Source: Polyangiaceae bacterium
GTDB lineage: Bacteria; Myxococcota_A; Polyangia; Polyangiales; Polyangiaceae
Direction: 5' to 3'
NCBI GenBank assembly: GCA_044376115.1
Contig: JBILLK010000001.1
Location: 288,001-352,000, forward strand
DNA: 64,000 bases
Of this stretch, positions 21,910 to 30,575 are shown piece after piece. The position numbers and the translations under genes were made by a program. Below the pieces are notes generated by a model that worked only from the letters and a program-made list of their open reading frames with translations, had not been told where the DNA came from and did not search any database. The number at the start of each line of letters is the position of its first letter. Position 1 is the stretch's first letter.

Positions 21910-23174
21910 GGCGCGCAAGCGCTGCGGCGCTCATGATGCTGGCGTGCAGCAGCCGCTCGCACGGCGTGAGCATTGAACCTTCGTTACGCGCCTCAACCTC
22001 CGCCGAGTCGGAGGCGATTCCGATGTCGGAAGAGAGCCGCGAGCTGCTCAACGAGCTCGCGATATTTCGCCGGTTGAGCGCTGGGGGAGGCGTTGCAGCG
22101 GTCGAGGTAAGTCGCAGCGAACTCTTGCGTTTGCTGCAACAGATCGCTGAAGAAGAGCTGCCGAGGGGGCATTTGAAGAAGGAGGGAGAAGTACTGCGCG
22201 GACTCGGGCTCATTCCCTTCGACCTAAACTGGGAAGAGCTCCTCCTGGTCGAGCTGACGCGGGTCGTGCAGGGGCTCTACAGCCCGCGCCACAAGCAGCT
22301 TTTCATCGTCGATGATCTGGAGCCTGCCGCAAAAAGGGAGGTCCTCGCACACGAGTTCGTGCACGCGCTACAGGACCAGCATTTCGATCTGAGGCCGCTC
22401 ATGGCGTTTGCGCCCGGTCAATCGGACCGGCAGCAAGCTCGCAGCCATCTGGTCGAGGGCGACGCTGTGTTCACGCTGGCGCAGCGTTCGAAACTCGCTG
22501 CGCGCGGTGAGGCCGCCGGCGCTCGCGAGGGACAAACCTCCAGCGAGCCCGCACCGAAGGTGCCCCGGTTCCTCACCAACTCGCTGATTTCGCCCTACGT
22601 CGTCGGTGAGCGGTTCGTTGAGGCTTTGTTTGCAGAACACGGTTTCGCGGGGGTCGATCGCGCGTTCGCCGAGTTGCCCGAATCCACCGAGCAAGTGCTG
22701 CATTTCCCGAAGTATCTCAGCCGTGAGCGCGCTCTCTCAGTCACGGTCCCGATGTCCCCGACGTTGGGCGTAACGTGGGCGAACCGCGATACCTTTGGCG
22801 AGCTTTCGCTGCGTCTGATGCTGTCGGAGTTCATCGGCGAGCAGGACGCAAAGCAGGCTGCCGCAGGCTGGGGTGGAGATCAGCTCGTGCTCGCGACCAT
22901 GACGATGGCTGGCATCGAGTTCGCCGCGGTTGCGCTGATCGTGGCGATGGACTCCGAGGCTGAGGCCTCCGAGTTGGCTGCCGCAGTGAGGCCCGCCTTT
23001 CGCGATGGCTGCCTCGCTCGTGATCGAGCTGGGCCCTTGGTCTTCGTACGTGAAGGCGCGCGCGTGGGCTTTGCAGCAGGCCCTTATGAAACGGTCTCGG
23101 GCCGCTCGCGAGCGACCTGCGCGACGGTGGACGCGTGGCTGCGTCAGGCGGTAACCAACGCCTCCGTGCAGTAG
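21906..23174 (+). CDS. Putative zinc-metallopeptidase-like lipoprotein
   Basis: MLAC lipobox; GLYSP; HExxH in LAHEFVHALQDQHF; EGDA; PESTEQVLH; GWGGD. Confidence 0.65.
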   Translation: MRRASAAALMMLACSSRSHGVSIEPSLRASTSAESEAIPMSEESRELLNELAIFRRLSAGGGVAAVEVSRSELLRLLQQIAEEELPRGHLKKEGEVLRGLGLIPFDLNWEELLLVELTRVVQGLYSPRHKQLFIVDDLEPAAKREVLAHEFVHALQDQHFDLRPLMAFAPGQSDRQQARSHLVEGDAVFTLAQRSKLAARGEAAGAREGQTSSEPAPKVPRFLTNSLISPYVVGERFVEALFAEHGFAGVDRAFAELPESTEQVLHFPKYLSRERALSVTVPMSPTLGVTWANRDTFGELSLRLMLSEFIGEQDAKQAAAGWGGDQLVLATMTMAGIEFAAVALIVAMDSEAEASELAAAVRPAFRDGCLARDRAGPLVFVREGARVGFAAGPYETVSGRSRATCATVDAWLRQAVTNASVQ

Positions 23175-23179
23175 CGACG

Positions 23180-24244
23180 TCAGAGCTCCATGCAACAACG
23201 AAAGCCGGTGGAGTAGTCCCAGTGCGATACGTCATGGGCCGTGGTTGCATACAAGCAGCCGGAGCCGTTGATGACCGTATCGACGTAGAACCCGCCTCGG
23301 AACGTGCCAGCCGGATCGCTCGTCCACTCGTGCAGGTTGCCCATCATGTCGCGGGCACCGTCGCTGGATACACAGCCGCCATATTCGCCGGTGAGCGCGA
23401 GCCCATCGGCGAGCTGATTGAGACACGGGTGGTCGAGCTCCGACCAGATCCAGTCTTCACTCGACATGAAGTACTCAACGGCGGGGTGCTGGTCGCGATG
23501 GTCGTTGCAAACGCCAAGCTCGAGCGCATCTCCGTACGGGTAGATGTTGGCCTCGAGGCCGCGACAGGCTCGAAGCCATTCTTGGTTGCTGCAAAGCCGC
23601 TTACCGGCGTTGGTGCAGGCGTCTGCGGCTTGCAGCTGGTTGATGTAGCCCTGGGGCACCGCCTGCGCCTTACTCACCGCCATCACCTCGGCGTTGCCCG
23701 GGTTGAAGTAGGGCGAAACAGGCTGCAGATCGGGGAAGGTCACGAGATGCGCCTCGAAGGTGTCGACGCAGATGGTATCGACCAAGTGCATCCCCTCCGG
23801 ACAGCCGTTGAGACCCGGTGACTCTGCGAGCTGCGCGTTAGGAAGCGGCATCGCCTCCGGATCGCAGCTGCCCTCCGCTTGCAACGCACAACACTGAATC
23901 TCCGCGGGGCCCGGACAAAAGCCCGGCACCGGCGCGTAGCCCGGCACTGTGCACTCGCTTACGTCGACGCATACACCGGGTTGACCGTTGGCGACGCAGG
24001 GCTCTCCCTCGGGAAGGCCTCCAGCTTGGCCACCAACACCGAGACCACCAGCGCCGAGACCGCCGCTTCCCGCGGCAAACCCGCCTTGTCCGGCTGCGCC
24101 GCCGTTTGCGTTAGCACCGCTACTGCCGCCGCCTCCGCTGGCACCGCCGCCTTCGGTTGCGCCGCCCCCTCCTTCTTCACTCTCCGTAGAATCTACGCTG
24201 CACCCGCTGCACGCGATGGCCAGCGCGAACAAGAACCCTCTCAT
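23180..24244 (-). CDS. Formylglycine-generating-enzyme (SUMF1/FGE-sulfatase) family lipoprotein
   Basis: CPEGM, C.D.FEA, GKRLC...EW..AC, YPYG, DMMGNLHEW, RGG, GFRCC; signal peptide with Cys followed by a Gly linker. Confidence 0.85.
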   Translation of the reverse strand: MRGFLFALAIACSGCSVDSTESEEGGGGATEGGGASGGGGSSGANANGGAAGQGGFAAGSGGLGAGGLGVGGQAGGLPEGEPCVANGQPGVCVDVSECTVPGYAPVPGFCPGPAEIQCCALQAEGSCDPEAMPLPNAQLAESPGLNGCPEGMHLVDTICVDTFEAHLVTFPDLQPVSPYFNPGNAEVMAVSKAQAVPQGYINQLQAADACTNAGKRLCSNQEWLRACRGLEANIYPYGDALELGVCNDHRDQHPAVEYFMSSEDWIWSELDHPCLNQLADGLALTGEYGGCVSSDGARDMMGNLHEWTSDPAGTFRGGFYVDTVINGSGCLYATTAHDVSHWDYSTGFRCCMEL

Positions 24245-26370
24245 GCGGCTCGTTCCCTTGGCGTTTCACGGATTCTCTTGATGCGCGACGTGAGCTGAGC
24301 GCTCTCCTCCTCACTCAACGTCGCGCCACCGAAGCGCACAGCCAAGTAGGCCTGAGTGATCTCATGCGCCTCTTCGCCGAAGGGGTGGCCGCCCGAAAGC
24401 AGAGCCTCAGCGTGACGGAGCGGAGGTGTACCGGGAGGTCGCACCACGCCGTGCGCTTGCAGCGCCTGCTCGAGACTCTCGTAGAGGGCGGTCGCTTTGG
24501 CGAAAGACTTTTCGCGGGTAGGCTGGCGGGCGTCCCCTGGTAGGGCTGTCCGTCGGCGGCGCCAGTAGAAGTAGACGAGACCACCGGCCCCGAGAATCGC
24601 TAGGCCCCACAGCATTTGGCGTGAACGCGGCGCATGATCCGTGCCGGTGTCCTCATCACGCAGCCCCTGCAAGAGCTGATACTGGCGATCCAAGTCGTAC
24701 TCGACGACGTGATGATTCCAACGTTGGCTCGTAGCGTCGATGATGTCGCTGATGGAAGCCCATGGCTCTGACAGGCCGGTGCGCGTGAGCTCCCCCGCTG
24801 AGGGCGTAGGGTCGAAGGTCACCCAACCGGTGCCCTTGATGTAGACCTCCACCCAGCTGTGCGCATCTCCCTGCCGAACGATGTAGGAGTCGCTGTACTT
24901 GTTGTAGGCCCCACCGGCGAAGCCGTTGACGTTGCGTGTGGGAACACCAACGGCGCGCAAAAGCACGGCCATGGCCGAGGAGAAGAACGAGCAGTGCCCG
25001 CGCCGCGACTCGAACAAAAAGTGATCGAGCGGCGAGCTTTCGCGGGTGGAGGGTGAATCGAGATCGTAGGTGAACTCGCTGCGCAGCCGCTTGAGGATGG
25101 CTTCGGCCTTTTCCTGATCGCTCGTCGCCGAACGCGTCCAGTCGATCGCCAACTCGCGAATCGCCGGCGTTAGGTCTACGGGCAACGCCAAGTAGCGTTC
25201 ACGGTCGTTCTCGGTCAGCGTCGTGAAGGTGGGCCCCCCACGCGGGTTCATATGGACCGTGTACGTCACGCCGCGCTCTTCGTTGTGATAGCGAAGCTCT
25301 CCGGCGGGTCCGCGGATGACGTAGGGCTGCTGATTGGGCAACGCCACCGCAGGCGCACGTAACGTGACGCCGGCAGCTCCGGGAGGAATGAAGAGCACCG
25401 GCGGATCGATCGGATCCAGGGTGATTTCCATCGTCGGCGCGTCCGCCGGCACCATGCGATTGGGCTCCATCGCGATCGGCCGCGGCCCCGTAGGTTGGCT
25501 CGGCAGACGGGTCTCATCCGTCTGCGACCAGGTACCTTTGGTGGAGAAGCGGTCGAGCGCGGTGCCGCGAAGGTGAAGCGCTAGATGCGCCGGCGGCGGA
25601 TTCCCTGGGTTCGGCACCTTCACCCGCAACGCGATCGCGCGGTCCTCACGCAGCCGCCCAACTTGCGATAGGTCCACGCGATCGGAGAAGCCAATCACCT
25701 GAGTGCCGTCTCGATTGTTGAGCAGCAGCAGCGATAGTCCGACACGCGGGAAGAAGATGAAGAGCACCCCCGTGAACAGGATGATGGGGATGCACAAGAG
25801 GCACATCGACAAGAGAAACGTCCTGCCAACGACGCGACGCGATCGGAGGATACGCGGGACGTCCACGGGCAAGCCGGTTCGATCGCGCGCGCCCTGGCGA
25901 TAGTTGCCTTCGACTTCACGGCGCAGATGCGAGAGCACCAACGCTGCCGGCGCGACGATCAGAACCCCAGCGAAGCACAGACCGTAACCGAGCCCACCGC
26001 CGAGAACGGTCCCCGCGATCAAGTGCAACAGCGCGAGCACGATCACTTGCTGGTCGTGAGCCGCGCCTCGTCGAGTTGCTAGCCGCACGATCTGCAGCCC
26101 CGCCGCAAACTCGATCAGCACATCCAGGCTGTTGCTACCGCTAGCAAAACGAACGACCTGCACCACGACGATCACGAGCAATGTGACCGTGTCGACGTGG
26201 CGAAAGGCTGGATGGCGAGCCCACGACTCACGCACAAACAACGCAAGGATCAGACCCACGAGCACGATCGCGCTAACGAACGTCGAGAACTGCCCGCTCG
26301 AGATGAGCGCGAGCACGCCGAGCGCCGCAAGCGCGTTGGTCATGAAGCGATGGACAACCCCAAACCTCAT
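24241..26370 (-). CDS. TgpA-like transglutaminase membrane protein (DUF3488 + transglutaminase + DUF4129-like)
   Basis: N-terminal TM helices, FFPR, GFSD; catalytic GHCSFFSSAM, AHSWVEVY, FDPTP. Confidence 0.9.
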   Translation of the reverse strand: MRFGVVHRFMTNALAALGVLALISSGQFSTFVSAIVLVGLILALFVRESWARHPAFRHVDTVTLLVIVVVQVVRFASGSNSLDVLIEFAAGLQIVRLATRRGAAHDQQVIVLALLHLIAGTVLGGGLGYGLCFAGVLIVAPAALVLSHLRREVEGNYRQGARDRTGLPVDVPRILRSRRVVGRTFLLSMCLLCIPIILFTGVLFIFFPRVGLSLLLLNNRDGTQVIGFSDRVDLSQVGRLREDRAIALRVKVPNPGNPPPAHLALHLRGTALDRFSTKGTWSQTDETRLPSQPTGPRPIAMEPNRMVPADAPTMEITLDPIDPPVLFIPPGAAGVTLRAPAVALPNQQPYVIRGPAGELRYHNEERGVTYTVHMNPRGGPTFTTLTENDRERYLALPVDLTPAIRELAIDWTRSATSDQEKAEAILKRLRSEFTYDLDSPSTRESSPLDHFLFESRRGHCSFFSSAMAVLLRAVGVPTRNVNGFAGGAYNKYSDSYIVRQGDAHSWVEVYIKGTGWVTFDPTPSAGELTRTGLSEPWASISDIIDATSQRWNHHVVEYDLDRQYQLLQGLRDEDTGTDHAPRSRQMLWGLAILGAGGLVYFYWRRRRTALPGDARQPTREKSFAKATALYESLEQALQAHGVVRPPGTPPLRHAEALLSGGHPFGEEAHEITQAYLAVRFGGATLSEEESAQLTSRIKRIRETPRERAA

Positions 26371-27659
26371 GCGTCGTGACCTCGCGCCGAGCGCGCCCGT
26401 TCACCAGGCCTTCCCTGCCCGCCACGAGCGAGGGTTTGTCGGGCCTCCTCCTCGCTCAGAGAGTCCACCAACGCCAAGAATCTGAGCACCCGATCGGCGC
26501 CCACCGTCTTATCGGCCGACACGCGCTGCCCAGCGGTCGTCTTGATCAGCACGCTGTCGCCGCGACGCAAATGAGCGACTGCGCGTGAACTGATCTCGCG
26601 GATACGGCGCTCGAATGCCGTAGAGAAGTCGGCTGGCTTTTGGTTCGGCTGCACCACGTCGAGCACCAGTTCTACGTCGGGCCGCGTCTCTCGCAAGCGC
26701 TCACGCATCACCATATGCGACATGCCAGCGCTCTTCCGCCAATAGATGTCACGCGGGTCATCTCCGTCGCGCATCGCTCGCACGGTGTAGGTCTCTTCGC
26801 CGCCACCCCGACCGGATGTGCGCCCCGAGAAGCCGTGTCGTGAACCGGCTTCAACCGGCAAGCGCACCGGATCCACCGCCGGGTAGATGATGAGCTCTCC
26901 GGAGCTCGTCACCTCACGTGACTTCTCGAACAGGCCGAAGGGAAAGCGAGTGGCGATGCGAAAACCTGTGTGGTGGTCGAGCCCACGCCGCGCCGGGGTC
27001 CTGCGATAGGCGGCGACTTGAGCCGAGTTGGGGCTGATCTTGAGAAAGAAGCAGCGCTTGTCCGCGGGCTGGCCGGAGCGCAGATCCTCCACCTCGATGG
27101 CGTACGAGGGCACGCTGGACTTGTGGTTGAAGACCTCGATCTCGACCAAGTGAGGCCTTCCGACCTGCGCTCGCAACGGCAACCGCCGCGTCACCGTGAG
27201 CGCCCGCAGCGAGAGCTCGCTCATCACGCCCGAGATCACGATCAGCGCGAGCAGCATACCCAGCAGCAGGTAAAGCAAGTTGTTGCCGGTATTGATGGCG
27301 GCGAAGCCGACCCCAAGCGTGATGCCCAGGTAGTACTTGCCTTCTCGCGTGAGCTTGAGGCGTCGCGTCGCGCGCAACCGTTTGCTGCGGGTCGGCTTGA
27401 CGCGTTCGGGCGCAGGCTTCTCTTCCTCGGGGCTGGCGGGCTCCGGGACCTCGTCGGGGGGCTCGATCCGCCTTCGCGGTTGTTCAGCCGGCCGTAACGA
27501 CGGCCCTTCATCGAATAGCGACAAGCCGACGAGCGACGGCGGCGGTTCAGGAATGACGAGGTCGCGCGGCGAATCAGAGCCACGGCTCCTTGTGGACTGC
27601 GGCGAACCGGGCTCGCGTGGTCCGTTCGAGCTGGGTGCGGGCTTCTGCCCGTCGCTCAT
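26367..27659 (-). CDS. DUF58 family protein
   Basis: AAINTGNNLLYLL, TRFPFGLF, IYP, GDDPRDIYWRKSA; lies between MoxR and the transglutaminase. Confidence 0.9.
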   Translation of the reverse strand: MSDGQKPAPSSNGPREPGSPQSTRSRGSDSPRDLVIPEPPPSLVGLSLFDEGPSLRPAEQPRRRIEPPDEVPEPASPEEEKPAPERVKPTRSKRLRATRRLKLTREGKYYLGITLGVGFAAINTGNNLLYLLLGMLLALIVISGVMSELSLRALTVTRRLPLRAQVGRPHLVEIEVFNHKSSVPSYAIEVEDLRSGQPADKRCFFLKISPNSAQVAAYRRTPARRGLDHHTGFRIATRFPFGLFEKSREVTSSGELIIYPAVDPVRLPVEAGSRHGFSGRTSGRGGGEETYTVRAMRDGDDPRDIYWRKSAGMSHMVMRERLRETRPDVELVLDVVQPNQKPADFSTAFERRIREISSRAVAHLRRGDSVLIKTTAGQRVSADKTVGADRVLRFLALVDSLSEEEARQTLARGGQGRPGERARSARGHDA

Positions 27660-28615
27660 AGCGGCACAGGGACGCGAGCCACGAGATCGCGAATCGCGGC
27701 TTCAGCCTCCTCGCGCGAGGGAACGTACCCCTCGGCGTGGGAGGCAAGCCGAACCCGGTGCGCCAAGACCGACGTTGCGAGATCGTGAATGTCGTCAGCG
27801 ATGCAATAAGAACGCCCGCGGAGCATCGCCCGGGCGCGCGCAGCGCGACTCAGGTTGATGCCTGCGCGCGGCGAAGCACCAAGTGAAAGGGCTGGGCTGG
27901 TTCGAGTCGCCTGCAGCACCGCCTGAAGGTAGGTCGCGAGCGACGGGTCAAACTCCACGCGGTCCACGTCGCGCTGCAAGGCAACGAGCTGCGCCGGATC
28001 GATCGCTTGCTGCACCGGCCGGTCTCCGCCGGCCTCACCCAAGAGCAGGCGGGCCTCTACTGCAGGCGGCGGATAGCCGATGCGAATGCGCATCATGAAA
28101 CGGTCGAGCTGGGACTCGGGCAGTGGGTACGTCCCGGCGAAATCTTGAGGGTTCTGCGTGGCTACGACGAAGAACGGATCAGGCAGGGGCGTGCTCACGC
28201 CATCCACCGAGACCTGCCCCTCGTTCATTGCCTCGAGCAACGCTGACTGGGTCCGCGGACTGGCGCGGTTGACCTCATCGGCCAGTAGCACGTTGCAAAA
28301 CACCGGCCCTTGACGGAACACGAATTCGCTCGTGCGCTGGTCATAGACCGTGACGCCGAGGACGTCGCTCGGCAGCAAATCGTTGGTGAACTGAACGCGC
28401 CGCCAATCGCCTCCGACGGCCTTGGCCAAGGCCCGAGCTAGCGTGGTCTTGCCGACGCCAGGCACATCCTCGATCAACAGGTGGCCGCGAGCGAGAAGCG
28501 TTATGAGAGAAAGCTCAACAGCTTCTGGCTTGCCTTCGAGGGCGTGGTCCACGGAGGCCCGGAGCTTCTCCACCAGCGGAGACGGGGCTCGGGCCAGCGA
28601 TAGGGCCGAGGTCAT
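27656..28615 (-). CDS. MoxR-family AAA+ ATPase
   Basis: GHLLIEDVPGVGKT, RVQFTNDLLPSD, LADEVNRASPRTQSALLEAM, ATQNP, YPLPESQLDRF, GASPRA. Confidence 0.95.
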   Translation of the reverse strand: MTSALSLARAPSPLVEKLRASVDHALEGKPEAVELSLITLLARGHLLIEDVPGVGKTTLARALAKAVGGDWRRVQFTNDLLPSDVLGVTVYDQRTSEFVFRQGPVFCNVLLADEVNRASPRTQSALLEAMNEGQVSVDGVSTPLPDPFFVVATQNPQDFAGTYPLPESQLDRFMMRIRIGYPPPAVEARLLLGEAGGDRPVQQAIDPAQLVALQRDVDRVEFDPSLATYLQAVLQATRTSPALSLGASPRAGINLSRAARARAMLRGRSYCIADDIHDLATSVLAHRVRLASHAEGYVPSREEAEAAIRDLVARVPVPL

Positions 28616-28778
28616 GGCTGGATGCTAGCACGCCATGGGACCGGAAAAGCGAGCGTTGCGTTGAACGAAGTTGGCCTGGCGACCGTGCCCGTGGTTAACC
28701 AGCAGCTGTTTCACGCGACTTCGCCGTGTGCGAGGGGCCCTGCGGCTCCCTCAAGATCGCGCCCAACTTCGGACAAGA

Positions 28779-29786
28779 ATGGCTTCCAACCCGCCCCAAG
28801 GCAGCTCGCAGCCGCCGCCTGAACAGCTCCACGGCAGCTCGCCAATGGCGCTCGAGACGGGTCCGCCCGTCATTCCGGAGTTCAAAGAAGGGACTCTGCC
28901 CTGGCGGATTCGCGGCCTGATCAAGCAAATGCGGCCGGAGCAGTGGTTGAAGAACAGCTTCGTGCTGGCCCCGCTGGTATTCGCCAAGCACCTCAACCAC
29001 CCCTCGATCATCATCTCCGCGGTCGGTGGCTTCGGCGTTTTCTGCCTGCTCGCGAGCGGCATCTACACCATGAACGACCTTGTCGACGTCGAGGCCGACC
29101 GGGTGCACCCGAAGAAGCGCTTTCGGCCAATCGCCTCGGGGCGCGTCCCGATTTGGGCGGGAAAGGCGCTCGCCTCTGTGTTGATCAGCGTCGCCCTGGT
29201 TGGAGCCGCCATTGGGCCACGGCCCTTTCTGTACACGGCGCTCGCGTACTTGGGGCTGCAGGTCGCCTACTCGTTCAAGCTCAAGAAGATCGCCTACCTC
29301 GACGTTGGCTGCATCTCGCTGGGCTTCGTCTTGCGGGTCTTGGCCGGCTCGTTCGCGGTCCGGGTGCCACCGTCGTTCTACATGTTGGCCTGCACCGCGC
29401 TGCTGGCCCTCTTTCTCGGCTTTGGGAAGCGGCGTCACGAACTGGCCGGGAGCAACGCGGCCAAGCAGCGCGCCGCGCTCGAGCAGTATTCGCCGCGGGT
29501 GTTGACCATCGCCCTGGCCGTTACCGGCGTGCTCACGCTGGGGACGTATCTGGCCTACACCTTGGACCCCGCGACGCAGGCTGTGTTCAACAGCCCATGG
29601 CTGTGGATCACCACGATTCACCCTGTTTTCGGCGTAATTCGCTTCCTGCAGTTGGTGGTGAGTGGAACCAAGTCGGAGTCCCCAACGCAGGAGATCCTCC
29701 GCGACGTGCCTTTCATGATGAACCTCGTGCTGTACGTGATCGAGGTGATCGTGATCATCTACCAAGTCCGGCCCGGTAGCGTTTGA
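28779..29786 (+). CDS. UbiA-family decaprenyl-phosphate phosphoribosyltransferase-like membrane protein
   Basis: MRPEQWLKN, YTMNDLVDVEADRVHPKKRFRPIASG, YSFKLK, GFVLRVLAG, GKRRHE; multiple TM helices. Start uncertain. Confidence 0.85.
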   Translation: MASNPPQGSSQPPPEQLHGSSPMALETGPPVIPEFKEGTLPWRIRGLIKQMRPEQWLKNSFVLAPLVFAKHLNHPSIIISAVGGFGVFCLLASGIYTMNDLVDVEADRVHPKKRFRPIASGRVPIWAGKALASVLISVALVGAAIGPRPFLYTALAYLGLQVAYSFKLKKIAYLDVGCISLGFVLRVLAGSFAVRVPPSFYMLACTALLALFLGFGKRRHELAGSNAAKQRAALEQYSPRVLTIALAVTGVLTLGTYLAYTLDPATQAVFNSPWLWITTIHPVFGVIRFLQLVVSGTKSESPTQEILRDVPFMMNLVLYVIEVIVIIYQVRPGSV

Positions 29787-29787
29787 C

Positions 29788-30507
29788 GTGAGCGAAGCCG
29801 TATCTGAGGCGCCCGAGCAATCTTCCAAGAGCGATGCTTGGACCGACCTCGGGCTCACCTTGCCGATCTTCGTGCTCTACCACCTCGGCGTGGTGTTCCT
29901 GCCGATGCGCAACGCGGCCGACATGGTCACCAGCAAGCTGACAGCGTTGGCCAATCAAAGCCTTCCGCTGTACGCGAGCCTCACGGTGGGCATGGGTGGT
30001 GCCTACGTGCTCCTGATGTGGTTCTTGGGGCAGCGCCAGGTGCTCTCTGCGCAGCGCTTTCTGTTTCTTGGCGTCGAAGGGGTGGCTTACGCCTTCGTGA
30101 TGCGGCTTTTGGGAGGCTACGCGTTGGAGGCTCTTCCGCTTGCGTCCTCGAGTGGAGAGTCGGCTTGGGGCTCGCTCGTGATGTCGTTCGGGGCTGGGTT
30201 CTACGAGGAGCTGATGTTCCGCGTTTTGCTCTTCGGTGGCGGCGCTTGGCTGGTCCGAACGATCGAGGGGTTTAGCGTTAGCGGCGTGGTCATGACCTTG
30301 ATTTGGGCCTTGCTCTGCGCGCTGGCGTTCTCCGGCTGGCACCACACGGGTCCCTCCGGAGATCCGTTCGACATGCGAGTGTTCGCTTATCGAACGGTGT
30401 GCGGCCTGGTTCTTACGGCGATCTTCTATTTGCGCGGGTTTGCCCCAGCCGTATGGACCCACGTCCTCTACGACGTCTGGGCCATGGGAGTGCTCGGAGA
30501 CGGCTGA
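29788..30507 (+). CDS. CPBP-family (CAAX/Abi) intramembrane glutamic protease
   Basis: GFYEELMFR (EExxxR), AFSGWHH, HVLYD; multi-TM. Confidence 0.85.
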   Translation: MSEAVSEAPEQSSKSDAWTDLGLTLPIFVLYHLGVVFLPMRNAADMVTSKLTALANQSLPLYASLTVGMGGAYVLLMWFLGQRQVLSAQRFLFLGVEGVAYAFVMRLLGGYALEALPLASSSGESAWGSLVMSFGAGFYEELMFRVLLFGGGAWLVRTIEGFSVSGVVMTLIWALLCALAFSGWHHTGPSGDPFDMRVFAYRTVCGLVLTAIFYLRGFAPAVWTHVLYDVWAMGVLGDG

Positions 30508-30575
30508 TAACCAACCGGCTTGTTTGACCGCGGAAGCTCATCCGTGTACGCGAAACGCTCGGGAAGGAAGCCTCC

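Noticed and set aside
24241..28615. MoxR-DUF58-transglutaminase operon as a novel system
   Set aside because: A widespread, already described gene trio.
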